Source of the DNA: Mobula hypostoma
Taxonomy: Eukaryota
DNA: 64,000 bases
Assembly: GCF_963921235.1 (NCBI RefSeq)
Contig: NC_086097.1
Coordinates: 42,782,001 to 42,846,000 of the forward strand
Reading direction: 5' to 3'
The stretch's first letter is position 1. Each line of letters starts with the position of its first letter. Positions 40,363 to 51,750 of this stretch are shown in pieces. A program made the position numbers and the translations under genes. The notes beneath the pieces are model-generated. The model saw only the letters and a program-made list of their open reading frames with translations. It had not been told where the DNA came from and did no database searches.

Positions 40363-41395
40363 TGCATCGACAGTGATGAAATGCTTTGAGAGGTTGGTCA
40401 TGACTAGACTGAACTCCTGCCTCAGCAAGGACCTGGACCCATTGCAATTTGCCTATCGCCACAATAGGTCAACAGCAGATGCTCAAATACCATCTATAAG
40501 ATTTGCTGATGATACAGCCACTGTTGGCAGAATCTCAGGTGGTTACGAGAAGGTGTACAGGAATGAAATCTGCCAACTAGTGACGTGGTGTCATAGCAAC
40601 AACCTGGCACTCAACATCAGTAAGATGAAAGAGCTGATTGTGGACTTCAGGAGAGGTAAGACGAAGGAACACATACCAATCCTCATAGAGGGATCAGAAG
40701 TGGAGAGAGTGAGCAGTTTCAAGTTCCTGGGTGTTAAGATCTCCGAGGACCCAGCCTGGTCCCAACATATCGATGCAGTTATAAAGAATGCAAGACTGCG
40801 ACTATACTTCAATAGGAGTTTGAAGAGATTTAGTAGGTTAACAAGTACACTCAAAAACTTCTATAAATGTACTGTGGAGAACATTACTGTCTGGTTTGGT
40901 TGGGGGTGGGCAGGGAGGCTACTGCGCAGGACCAAAAGAAGCTGCAAAAGGGTTGTAAATTTAGTCAGCTCCATCTTGGATACTAGCCTATAAAGTACCC
41001 AGGACATCTTCAGGGAGCGGTGTCTCAGAAAGACAGCGTCCATTATTAAGGACCTCCAGCACCCAGGGCATGCCCTTTTCTCACTGTTACCATCAGGTAG
41101 GAGGTACAGAAGCCTGAAGGCACACACTCAGCAATTCAGGAACAGCTTCTTCCCCTCTGCCATCCAATTCCTAAATGGACTTTGAACACTACCTCACTTT
41201 TTTAATATATATAGTTTCTGTGTTTTACACTATTTTTAATCTATTCAATACAGTTATACTGTGATTTACTTATTTATTTATATCATTATTATGTTATTTT
41301 TTCTTCGTCGTCTATATTATCTATTGCATTGAACTGCTGCTGTTGAGTTAATAAATTTCACGACACATGCCGGTGACGATAAACCCGATTCTGAT
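40363..41395 (+). mobile_element. L2/Rex1-Babar-like LINE, internally deleted
   Basis: STVMKCFERLVMTRLNSCLSKDLDPLQFAYRHNRSTADA joined directly to RFADDTATVG; tail GATAAACCCGATTCTGATT. Confidence 0.9.
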
Positions 41396-41897
41396 TGACA
41401 CTTCTCCTTGGCTCCTTTCTATTACCGTTAACATCTGTACCTGCCTTCTCTTGTGACAGTCATTTCTGGTCAAACCCATCACAGTTAACCGCCTCCCTTT
41501 CTATTCGTTGCTACCTGAGCTTCTGGATGACTGGTTTTGTCCGGTCGGTCTCGTTTCCTCCCAAATGGCACCGACAATGACTCCTTTTTTGCATCACTGT
41601 TTCCAGACTATTCTATCACTTCCTGTTTGGTTAGTCCTGCTCTTTACATGCCAATATACCAGTTAGCACAATCAGCCCTTTCTGCTGACTTTGCACATAT
41701 CCAGTGGTGTCTGTTCCCACTATCTATTCCTGTCTGAAGAGACTTGATTCTGATGTAAGCCTCTGTGCTTGTTGATCTGCTATGCTAAAGTCTGTTCCTG
41801 ATTGTTCCCATCTGTACCATCATACATCTCCCTGTTCATGGCACCTATGCCTGTCTGCTTCTATCTATACATCTTGTTTTCATCTACCTGTTATCTA

Positions 41898-44365
41898 CAC
41901 AGAGTCAGAGAAGTAGAGCACAGAAAAGGCCCTTCGTCCCATCTAGTCCATGCTGAAAACCATTTAAAGTGCCTACTCCCAACAACCATAGCCCTCCATA
42001 TCCCTACCATTCACGTACCTATCCAAATTTCACTGAAATGTTGAAATCGAGCTCACATGCACCACTTGTGCTGGGAGCTCAGTCCACACTCTCGCAATCC
42101 TTCAAGTGAAGAAGTTTCTCCTCATGGACCCCTTAAACTTCTCACCTTTCACCCTTAAGCAATGACCTCTGGTTCTAGTCCCACCTAACCTCTGGAAAAA
42201 GCCTGCTTGCATTCACCCTATTTATACCCCTCAAAATTTTGTATCCCTCTCTATCAAATCTCTTCACAGTCTTCTACATTCTAAGGAATAAAGCCCTAAC
42301 CTATTCAATCTTTCCTAATAACTCAGGTCCTCCAGACCCAACAACATCCTTGTAAATTTTCTCTGTACTCTCTTTTTTTTGTAATTTATTTTTTATTGAA
42401 TTTCATCAAATATTTCCGTAAGATGTATTTCAGATACTATACATATATATATCATATAATCATATTTGTCACAAATCTCCACATTCTTTCAACCTTATTT
42501 ACATCTTTCCTGTAGGTAGGTGACCAAAACTGCACACAATACTCAAAATTAAGTTTCACTAATGTCTTGTACAACTTCAACATGATATCTCATCTTCTGT
42601 ACTCTATGAAGGCCATTGTCCCTATCTACCTGCAATGCCTCTTTCAATGAATTATAGACCTATATTCCCAGATCCCTTTGTTCTAACACACTCTTCAGTG
42701 CCCTAATATTCCCTGTGTAAGATCTACCCTGGTTGGTCTGACCAAAGAGCAAAACCTCGCACTTGTCTGCATTAAATTCCATCCGTTGTTTTTCAGCCCA
42801 TATTTCCAGCTGATCCTAATCTCACTGCAAGCCATGATAGATTTCCTCACCGTCAACTACACCCCCAATATGTGTCGTCTGCAAATCTGCTGATCCAGTT
42901 AATTACATTGTCATCCAGATCCACTAGTCACAGGCCTCCAGTCAGAGAGACAACCCTCTATTACCACTCTCCAGCTTCTCCCACAAAACCCAATTTACCA
43001 CTTCATCCTGAACATCACGTGACTGAACCTCCTTTACCAACCTACCAAGCAGGACCTTGTCAAATGCCTTGCTAAAGTTGATGTAGACAACATCCACTGT
43101 CTTGCCTTCATCCACTTCCCTCGTAACTTCCTCAAAAAAACTCTATAAAATTGGTTAGACACGACCTTCCATGCACAAAGTCATGCTGACTATCGTTAAT
43201 CAGACCATGTCTATCCAAGTACTTATTTGGTCCCTTTGAATACCTTCCAATAACATTCCCACAACTGATGTCAGACTCACCAGCCCACAATTTCCTGGTT
43301 TATGTTTAGAGCGTTTTTAAATAGCAGGACTGCCTTGGCTATCCTCCAGTCGTCTGGTAACTCCTCTATTGCTAAGGATAGTTTATCAAATTAACAAATT
43401 TCCCCTGGGATCAATAAAGTATGACTATGACTATGACTTTAAATATCTCTGCCAGGGTCCCGGCAATTTCTGCGCTTGCCTCCCATGGGGTCCAAGGGAA
43501 CAACTTGTCAGACCCTGAGGTTTTATCTTCCCTGATTTGTCTCCACAAGAACCTCATTTGTTCCTATTTGCCTATACCTACTACACACCTTTTTTTCTCT
43601 TAACCAAGGCTTCAATATCTCTTGAAAACCAAGGTTCCTGACGAAGGGTCTCGGCCCGAAATGTCGACTGTACCTCTTCCTAGAGATACTGCCTGGCCTG
43701 CTGTGTTCACCAGCAACTTTGATGTGTGTTCCCTACATTTGTTAACTTACCTTTTAATCTGAAGGCACATACAAGCTTTGTACTCTCAAAATTTCATTTT
43801 TGAAGGCCTCCCACTTTCCTAGTATGCCTTTGCCAGAAAACAGCCCGTCCCAATCCACACTTGCCAGATTCATTTCTGATACCATTGAAATTGGCCTTTC
43901 TCCAATCAGAAATCTCAACATGTGCACCAAACCTATCTCCTTGTATATTTACTTTGAAACTAATAGCATTGTGGTGACTGGATGCAAAGTGTTCCCCTAC
44001 TCAGACATCTTTCACCTGCCCCGTCTCATTCCCTGATAGCAGATCCAGTATCGCACGCTTTCTCGTTGGGGCCTCTACATACTGACTAAGGAAACTTTCC
44101 TGAACACTTTTGGTAAACTATCCCATCTAGTCCCTTTATACTATGAGATTCCTAGTCAATGTGTGTAAAGTTAAACATCACCAACTATAACAACCTTATG
44201 TTTCTTGAAACAGTTGTGATCTCTTTAGAAATTTGTTCCCAATATCCCCAGGACTGTTGGGCCATCTGTAATACAGCCCCATTAACTTAATCCTCAGTTC
44301 CACCCACAACGCCTCACTAGTTGAGTTTTCTAATCTATTCTGATGGAGCACTGCCGTGACATTTT
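41898..44365 (-). mobile_element. CR1 LINE (endonuclease to 3'UTR, with deletions and three small insertions)
   Basis: EN piece EALWVELR..MGLYYRWPNS; RT and 3' end closely resemble 11897-13098. Confidence 0.88.
43634..43727 (+). mobile_element. 94-bp Penelope pLTR fragment starting at the HHR core, inserted in CR1
   Basis: CCTGACGAAGGGTCTCGGCCCGAAATGTCGACTG...CACCAGCAACTTT, nearly identical to 1100-1179; GTTCC at both junctions (43634-43638, 43728-43732). Confidence 0.85.
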
Positions 44366-45289
44366 TTTCTTCCCACCCTATCACATTTAAAATAGGGAGC
44401 TGGGGTTTGCATCCTGTGCGTTACTCCTTCAGCCTAGAACTATCTGATCCTGATTTTGCACATCTCATTGCCATCGTCAGGGAGGAGGTACCAGAGCCTG
44501 AAGACCCACATTCAGTGATTCAGGAAGAGCTCCTTTTCCCCGCCATTAGAATTCTAAAACACTACCTCATTGCTCTTTATCGTTCGCACTATTTTTGTAA
44601 TTTGTAGTAATTTTATGTTGGACTGTACTGCTGTAAAATATAATTTCATGTCATACAGGACTGACAATAAACCTGATTATAATTCTCATTATGATTATGA
44701 CTATGATTGCTCCTGCTTGCATGTCTTTACTAATCCTCAGCCACTCCGTGCCCAGCCCATCCAGTCTGTCCTTATCATCTCCATTCCACACCTCAGTCTG
44801 CGTTCTCCCATCTGTACCCGTCTTGTTTTATTTTGTTTTATCACACAAAGAAAAAAGACTTTGAAAACATCTGTCATTTGTTTCCTGTGTTACAAGTTCC
44901 ATCCTGTAACCTAAGTGAGGAAAATTCTCATTATTTTCCCCAATGGTTATATCAGTAGAAGCCAGGTCAGGACTCATCTCAGACCTTTCTTTTCTAAACA
45001 GAAAGGCACTGACTTCTTTGATGTTTCACAACAGCTGTAACCTCCCTATCCAGGGAAATCCTTGTGGATTATTTCAGCAATACCGTGCACCCATGTTCTT
45101 TTATACTATATATTTAAAAAACAGAAGTATGCACAGCAGTCAAAAGGAAGCCTGACTAGAAATCTACAACTTTGTACCTTTTGAATATCCTATACGATAG
45201 AATTAAAACCCACTTAATTGTTTAGCTAACCAACAATGCTACTTTTAATGATATTTATTTTTGTGTTATGACTTTGTCGCATTGTACAG

Positions 45290-45920
45290 AAGTGAATTTA
45301 TAAGTCTAATAGATTATTGAAAGAAGCTGTTCCATAGCCTGTTGGTCCTGGCTTTAATGCTGTGGTATCGTTTGCCTGACGAAAGCAACTGAAACAATTT
45401 ATGGTTGGGGTGACTGCTGTCCCCGATGATCTTCCAGACCTTCTGCTGCTACAAATGTCCTCAATGGAGGGAAGTTCATATCCACAGATGTGCTGGGCTG
45501 TCCGTACCACTCTCTGCAGTGCCCAGCAATCAAGGTTGGTGCAGTTGCAGTACCAGGCAGAGATACAGCTAGTCAGGGTGCTCTCAGCGGTGCCCCTGTA
45601 GAAGGTCTTGAGGACTTGGAGGCTCAAGCTGACCTTCTTCAGTTGCCTGAGGTGAAGGAGACGTTGTTATGCATTATCTGCCACACAGCCAGTGTGTAAA
45701 GTCCAGGTGAGATCTTCGGTGACGTGTAAACCGAGGAACTTTAATCTACTCACCCTCTCAACTGCAGTCCCATTGATGTTGATCGGGCCGAGCCTGTCTC
45801 CATCCCTCCTGTAATCCACCATCAGCTCTATCGTTTTTTGGACATTGAGGAAGAGGCTGCTACCTTAGCACCACTGTGCAGGGTGTCAACCTCTCCTCTG
45901 TAGGCTGTCTTGTCACTGCT
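45290..45920 (-). mobile_element. L2/Rex1-Babar-like LINE 3' fragment
   Basis: LKTFYRGTAESTLTSCISAWY..LQRVVRTAQHICG. Confidence 0.85.
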
Positions 45921-45924
45921 AACA

Positions 45925-46390
45925 CTGGATATTCGTTTTCTTGTGGACATACACAAAATCCAAGAAATATAGTAGAATCAATTAAAGACCATACCCTACA
46001 GAACAGGCAAACAACCTATGTGCAAAAGACAACAAACTGCAAATACAAAATTTAAAAAAATAATAAATAAACAAACAAACAATAAATATTATGAACGCGA
46101 GATGAGCACACCTTGAAAGTGAGTTCATAGGTTGTGGGAACAGTTCAGTGATGGGGCGAGTGATGTTGAATGAAGTTACCCCATTGGTTCAAGAGCCTGA
46201 TTGTGTAGGGGTAATAACTGTTCCTGAACCTGGTGGTGAGAGTCCTGAGGCTCCTGCATCTTCTTCCTGATGGCAGCAGTGAGAAGAAACAATGGTGGGG
46301 GTCCTTGATAATGGAGGCCGCTTTCCTGCAACAGTGCATCTTGTAGATGTGCTCAATGGTGGAGAGGGCTTTAGCCATGATGGACTTTGG
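45925..46390 (-). mobile_element. L2/Rex1-Babar-like LINE 3' fragment
   Basis: RKAASIIKDPHH..FSLLPSGRRCRSLRTLTTRFRNSYY plus 3'UTR. Confidence 0.85.
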
Positions 46391-46666
46391 CTCATTCTCA
46401 AATATTCCTAAGCAAATAACTGTGGGGTCTGGGGACTATCCTTCTATTGCACTACTTTTCCCTATTCTTCCTTTTGAATAACAATCTTACCTCTCTTTCT
46501 TCTGCCTCCTACTTTTTAAAATCATAGTGTCAAGCAGTCAGTATAAAAGAGGACCTTTGGACCATTGAGTCAAAGATTCAAAGTACATTTATTATCAAAG
46601 TATGTATGCAGCCGACAACCCCGAGATTGCTGACTATCATATTCCCATTAACTTCCCACTGACACT

Positions 46667-47127
46667 CAGGGACGCAGTGCTAGCCGGAGCACGTCCGGCA
46701 CCGCTAAGAAAAAAGCTGAAATAAACAAGCTAATTAATTAGGTGCTGCCCAGGGTGATTTGAGTATCTCAGAAACTGCTGATCTTCTGGGATTTTTATGT
46801 GCAACAGACTCTGGAGTTTACAAAGAATGGTGCCAAAAACAAAAAAAAATCCAGCGAATGGCTGTTCTGTGAGCGAAAACATCTTGTTAAATCCACTCGC
46901 TGGATGTTTTTTCTCGCTCACAGAATAGCCACTCGCTGGATTTTTTTTTGTTTGTTTTTGGCACCATTCTTTGTAAACTTCAGTCTGCTGTGCGTAAAAA
47001 TCCCAGGAGATCAGCAGTTTCTGAGATACTCTAATCACCCTGGGCAGCGCCTAATTAATTAGCTTGTTTATTTCAGCTTTTTTCTTAAAGACGTGCCAGA
47101 CACGCTCCGGCTAGCACTGCGTCCCTG
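46667..47127. mobile_element. Foldback hAT MITE (461 bp) carrying Tc1 transposase fragments, 8-bp TSD
   Basis: TIR CAGGGACGCAGTGCTAGCCGGAGC / GCTCCGGCTAGCACTGCGTCCCTG; TSD CTGACACT at 46659-46666 and 47128-47135; arms about 210 bp. Confidence 0.9.
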
Positions 47128-47592
47128 CTGACACTCACCTAGATACAGCAGACCACTTCCAGTGTCCAATTACCTCACCAATCCACAAATTGTTGGGAAA
47201 CAGGACAAGACCACAGCATCAGAAGGAGAGCCAAATGAAGAACTTACAAGATCAACATTAAAATTGAATGGAGTTGCATTTGTATAAGGATTCGCTCTAG
47301 ATAAGATGTCAACCTAGTTAAGAACTGCACGTTTACTATCAGTACTAATTTATCTCTGGACTATTAATCAGTTTTAACTGGTGACTGCACACCAAGGCTA
47401 CATTAGTAGCTGGCTGATGGATCTAATGGGAAACATGGATATATTTGTAGGTACATTCTGGTCTTCCATGCCTTTGCTCTGCAATGCAGAAGTATAGAAC
47501 ACATGGGAAATCATTTGCAGATGCTTGGACTCATAGTTGTGTCTAGGTGAATTCAACAATGACCTGAGCTGAGGGCCAGATTCACTCTGTAT

Positions 47593-50500
47593 TGTAGGGT
47601 AACATAATTGAGAGAAATGTACATAATTCAAACCACCGATATTGTGTTGGGGGTTTCACTTTAAGCTGGTCTGACATGATGACGTCATTACATAAGAGAG
47701 TTTTAGTGCACTTTGATGTGTAGGCTTTGGAGTTCAATAAAGTGTGTTGTAGCTTTCACTAAACATAAAACTCAACACTTGGTTTTATTCGCGAAAACCT
47801 ACATTGGTGACTCCAATGCTCCAGGATGATTCTAGAGTTATTGAACATGTTGGCCAACACAGTCACTTTGAAACTGCTGGAGTTTTAGGGGCAAAGTGCC
47901 GTTGTTTGGTTTATACAAGCTGAGGCCCAGTTTGCTCTGTGAGAAATTCCTGCCAACGACACCAAATTCTACTACGTGGTAGCATCACTCAGCAACTCCA
48001 CGACTGCAAGAGTGGTGTGTTTGATCACATGCCTGAACACAAAACGTACCAGTTGCTGAAAACCCACCTTTCACAGACTTTTGGACTATCAGAGTCTGAG
48101 CACGCAAAACAGTCGCTCTCCTAGCCTGGACTTGGTGATGCTAGGCCTTTGGAGCTAATGGACCACATGCTGCCTCTCCTGGGAAATCACCATTCTTGTT
48201 TTATTTTTAAACAACTCTTCATGCAGCAAATTCCTGATCAAGTTTGCATAGCCCTCACTAATGCACTATGATGGACTTTAGGGAGCTTGCTAAAATGGCT
48301 GATCATCTACACTCAGCTAGGCAGCAGTTCATCACACCTTCTCCTTTCTCTCCCTCAGTAAGCCCAGTCATCAAGACCCCAAACATAAGGATGCCATGCC
48401 TGCGAAACAGATTAAGCCAGGCCTGTGTTTTTACCACACTCACTTTGGTACAAATGCTAGGAACTGCCAACCACCTTGCAGCTTCAACAGTGCCAGCTCA
48501 TTGGGACATCAGGGGTCTGCGAACACCGTGGATTCCAGTTGCCAGGGTTGTCTACTGTTCATTACGGACACCCTTTCAGGGCGATGCTTCCTGTGCGACA
48601 CGGGTGCTCAAGTGAGTGTGCTGCCAGCATCGCCTATTGATGTGAAGGCAAAGAGTGACAAAAGCTCGCTGGAGGCTGCCAATGGCAGCAGGATCCAAAC
48701 TTACAGGACACGATGGGTGGCTCTCTACTTCAGTGGGTGACATGACACATTGGACTTCATCCTGGCTAAATTGGCCAGGTGGCATCCTCTTCTTTCCTGT
48801 GTGCCCAAGGATTGTTTGATGAACTTAAGAACTGCCGGCTTGGGGATGTCAAGGGTTTTGAGTCAATATCCAGCTCCCCCAGTAAGTTCCCCACAACGAT
48901 TCTGTCAAGCGCATGCACTCCCATATTGAGTTCACTCAACTGCTGGGCGAATTCCCAGACCTCACCAAGCCCATGTTCTCCACTTCTGTCGCAAACCAAG
49001 GAATTAAACATCACATTTCCACTACTGGCCCACCAGTCTATGCCCAAGCACTTAGATTGGGCCCAGAAAAGCTGGCAAGTGCAAAGGCTGCGTTTGCCAA
49101 CATGGAAGGACTCTGCTGGTAGTACATCTTCGGGCTTCGTCCCTGCAGATGGTCCCCAAGTCTGATGGTGGTTGCCACCCAAGTGGTGATTACTGACACC
49201 TTCACGAGGCCACCACCCTCGATCATTAGCCGGTCTCACACATGCAAGACTTTTCGTCACGTTTAGCAGGAAAGTTTATTTTCCTCCCCCAAAGTTAGTC
49301 AAGTTAGGGGCTACCATCAGCTGCCTGTGTGCTCAGAGAATGTTCACAAAACAGCTGTGATAACCCCCGTTTGGTCTCCGAGTTTCTGCGCATGCTGTTT
49401 GGGCCGAAAAGTTTAGTACAGACTTTCCAACGGCTAATGGACTCCGTATTAAGAGACTTAGATTTCCCTTTTGTTTACCTGGATGACATACAGAAAGGAT
49501 GTATACCATTAGACTGTGGCCTTCGGGTAGTGCCAGCGGGCAAAAATTAACCATCATGTTCAGGCACCGTTGGCAGCTTTTGAGGTCTCTGAGTAACGGT
49601 TTAACCATATCAACGTGGACCTTGTTGGTCCTCTTCCTCCCCCCCGCATCATTTCACACACCTTCTTACCATGGTGGACTGTATCACCAGGTGGCCAGAT
49701 GTTGTTCCTCCAGCACCGATGGCTGCTGACGTGGCTTGGTCATTCATCAGCACCTGGGTTCCTTGGTTTGGCACCCCATCTGATATTTCCTCTGACCATG
49801 GTCACCAATTCATTTCGGACCGCTGGGCTGTGATGGCCCAGAACCTCAGCATTAGGCTATATCACACCACGGCGTAACACCCACAATCCAATGGCCTATG
49901 TGAGCTGTTTCACTGCTCCTTAAACGTGGCTCTGAGGGCTTCCCTGACGGACCAGTGTTGGCACCCGTGGGTCATGCTGGGGCTCTGAGCTGCTTCAAGA
50001 GGACCTGCAGTCGTCTGTGGCAGAGTTGACATACAGGCAACAACTGAGTGCCAGGCGATTTCATTCCTGATGCCACGAACGCTTGGTCAGCCTCTCAACA
50101 GCGTTCCACCCTCCTCAGTTAACTCAATTCCTGTTCACCTGTTCCTGCCTCCCATTATGGCATTCAGCACTCTAGTGTTCCTGTTGATCTACGTTCTGCC
50201 TCATTTGTTTTCGTCCGCCACAATGAACGCCGACATCCTGAGTCAGTGGTGGAAGCAGATACACTAGTGAAGTTTAAGAGACTACTAGACAGGTATATGG
50301 AGGAATCTAAGGTGGGGGCTTATATGGGAGGCAGGGTTTGAGGGTCGGCACAACATTGTGGGCCGAAGGACCTGTACTATGCTGTACTATTCTATGTTCT
50401 ATCCCTTTGGGCCCCCTGACAATGGCCCATTCGGCATTTTGAAATGGGGAGAACAGGCTTTTATCAGGAGACAAGAGGGCTGAACCAGAATGTATTTTGG

Positions 50501-50855
50501 TAGATCACCTTAAACCGGCCCACGAAGATTTGGAGTATCCTGCTGCCATACCCCCAGTGTCACAACATGTCCATGACCATGTCAACGCACCGCTGGACGA
50601 GCCAGTGGCACCTGCTGTTCCTCCACCCACGGGACACGGGACCCAAGCTCGTCCGAGCTCCAGACAAGCTCACAATGCAGATTTTAATGAATTCTGGTGC
50701 GGTGGGGGGGTAGTTCACTTTAAGAGACTGGTCTGACCTGATGACGTTATCACAAAGAGTTTTAGCGCACCTTGGCGTGTCGGTTTTGGAGTTCAATATA
50801 ATGTGATTCACTAGACATAAAATGCCTCACTTCATTTTATTTGCAAACACCTACA
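47593..50855 (+). mobile_element. Gypsy LTR retrotransposon copy 2 (same family as 18075-24880)
   Basis: 5' LTR 47593-47803 (TGTAGG...CCTACA); PBS TGGTGACTCC at 47805; partial 3' LTR ending 50855; TSD GTAT (47589-47592, 50856-50859). Gag WFIQAEAQFAL and CFYH..FG..ARNC, protease FLCDTGAQVSVLP, RT FVYLDD fused to integrase (RNase H deleted). Confidence 0.93.
50239..50400 (+). mobile_element. Short young CR1 3' end inside Gypsy copy 2
   Basis: Near-identical to 19394-19546; (TTCTATG)-type tail; ATCC at both junctions. Confidence 0.9.
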
Positions 50856-51598
50856 GTATTACTCTGTATCTGCCCCTCAGCTTTATTCCACCAGAACTGG
50901 AACATTAAACATAGCCACATTAGCTTGAATGGGACTGCTAACCTTCATTAAAAAGGTAAATTAAGGCAAGTAGGTTTTATTAACTTTCTTAATAAAATAA
51001 TTTATTTTAATGAATATTAAAATCTTAATGAATTTATATCAGTTAATTATTCCAATTAATTATTTTTTTAATTATTTGAACATTATTTTCAATTTTTCTT
51101 ATGCCTGATTATGGGAGATTTTGAGAAGCAGTGAGAGCTGTCAGGCCTTCAGGTTGGTCCATGAGCAGGGCTACAGTTTGTGACGCATGACATCTCACAG
51201 CTGTCACACTCTATAGCAGAGATTTCAGTGTCTTTCAGGTTCACAGTCAAAACAACTAGTACAACTGGGAAGCTACAGTGGGGCACAAGATTGACGTCTA
51301 GCTGTTTAGAATGATCTGCCTAATAACGCACTGTCTGATTCCCTGCTTCATGTATTATGCCCAAGGGCATTTTAAAAATTGATGATTGAACTATTTTCAA
51401 AGCTATTCTTCTTGTTGCCTCTCATTACAAGTTAATGACCACTCAGCCTATCAAGTTCCTTCTGTCATTTGACAAGATCAAGACAGATGTGCACCCATAA
51501 CTCTATTTTTCCAGCTGTTCACCATATTCCTTGACTCCCCTGGATTCCAAAAATCCATCAGTCTCAGCCTTGATCTGCTCAGTGACTGAAAATCCATG

Positions 51599-51750
51599 AG
51601 TAACACACAAAATGTTGGAGCAACTTAGCAGGTCAGGCAGCATCTAAGGAGAGCAATGAACAGTCAACTTTTCGGGCTGAAACCCTTTATCGGGAACGCC
51701 AGGTCTTTTGTACAAGTTGGTCAAGATCTCCAGCATCTACAGAACCTCTT
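51599..51750. mobile_element. Short inverted Penelope pLTR cassette with 17-bp TSD
   Basis: TSD GTGACTGAA(A/G)ATCCATG at 51582-51598 and 51751-51767; minus-strand decayed HHR followed by a plus-strand CCAGCATCTACAGAA end. Confidence 0.75.

Noticed and set aside
40319..40993. Longest ORF (224 aa) as a host gene
   Set aside because: Internally deleted LINE RT fragment.
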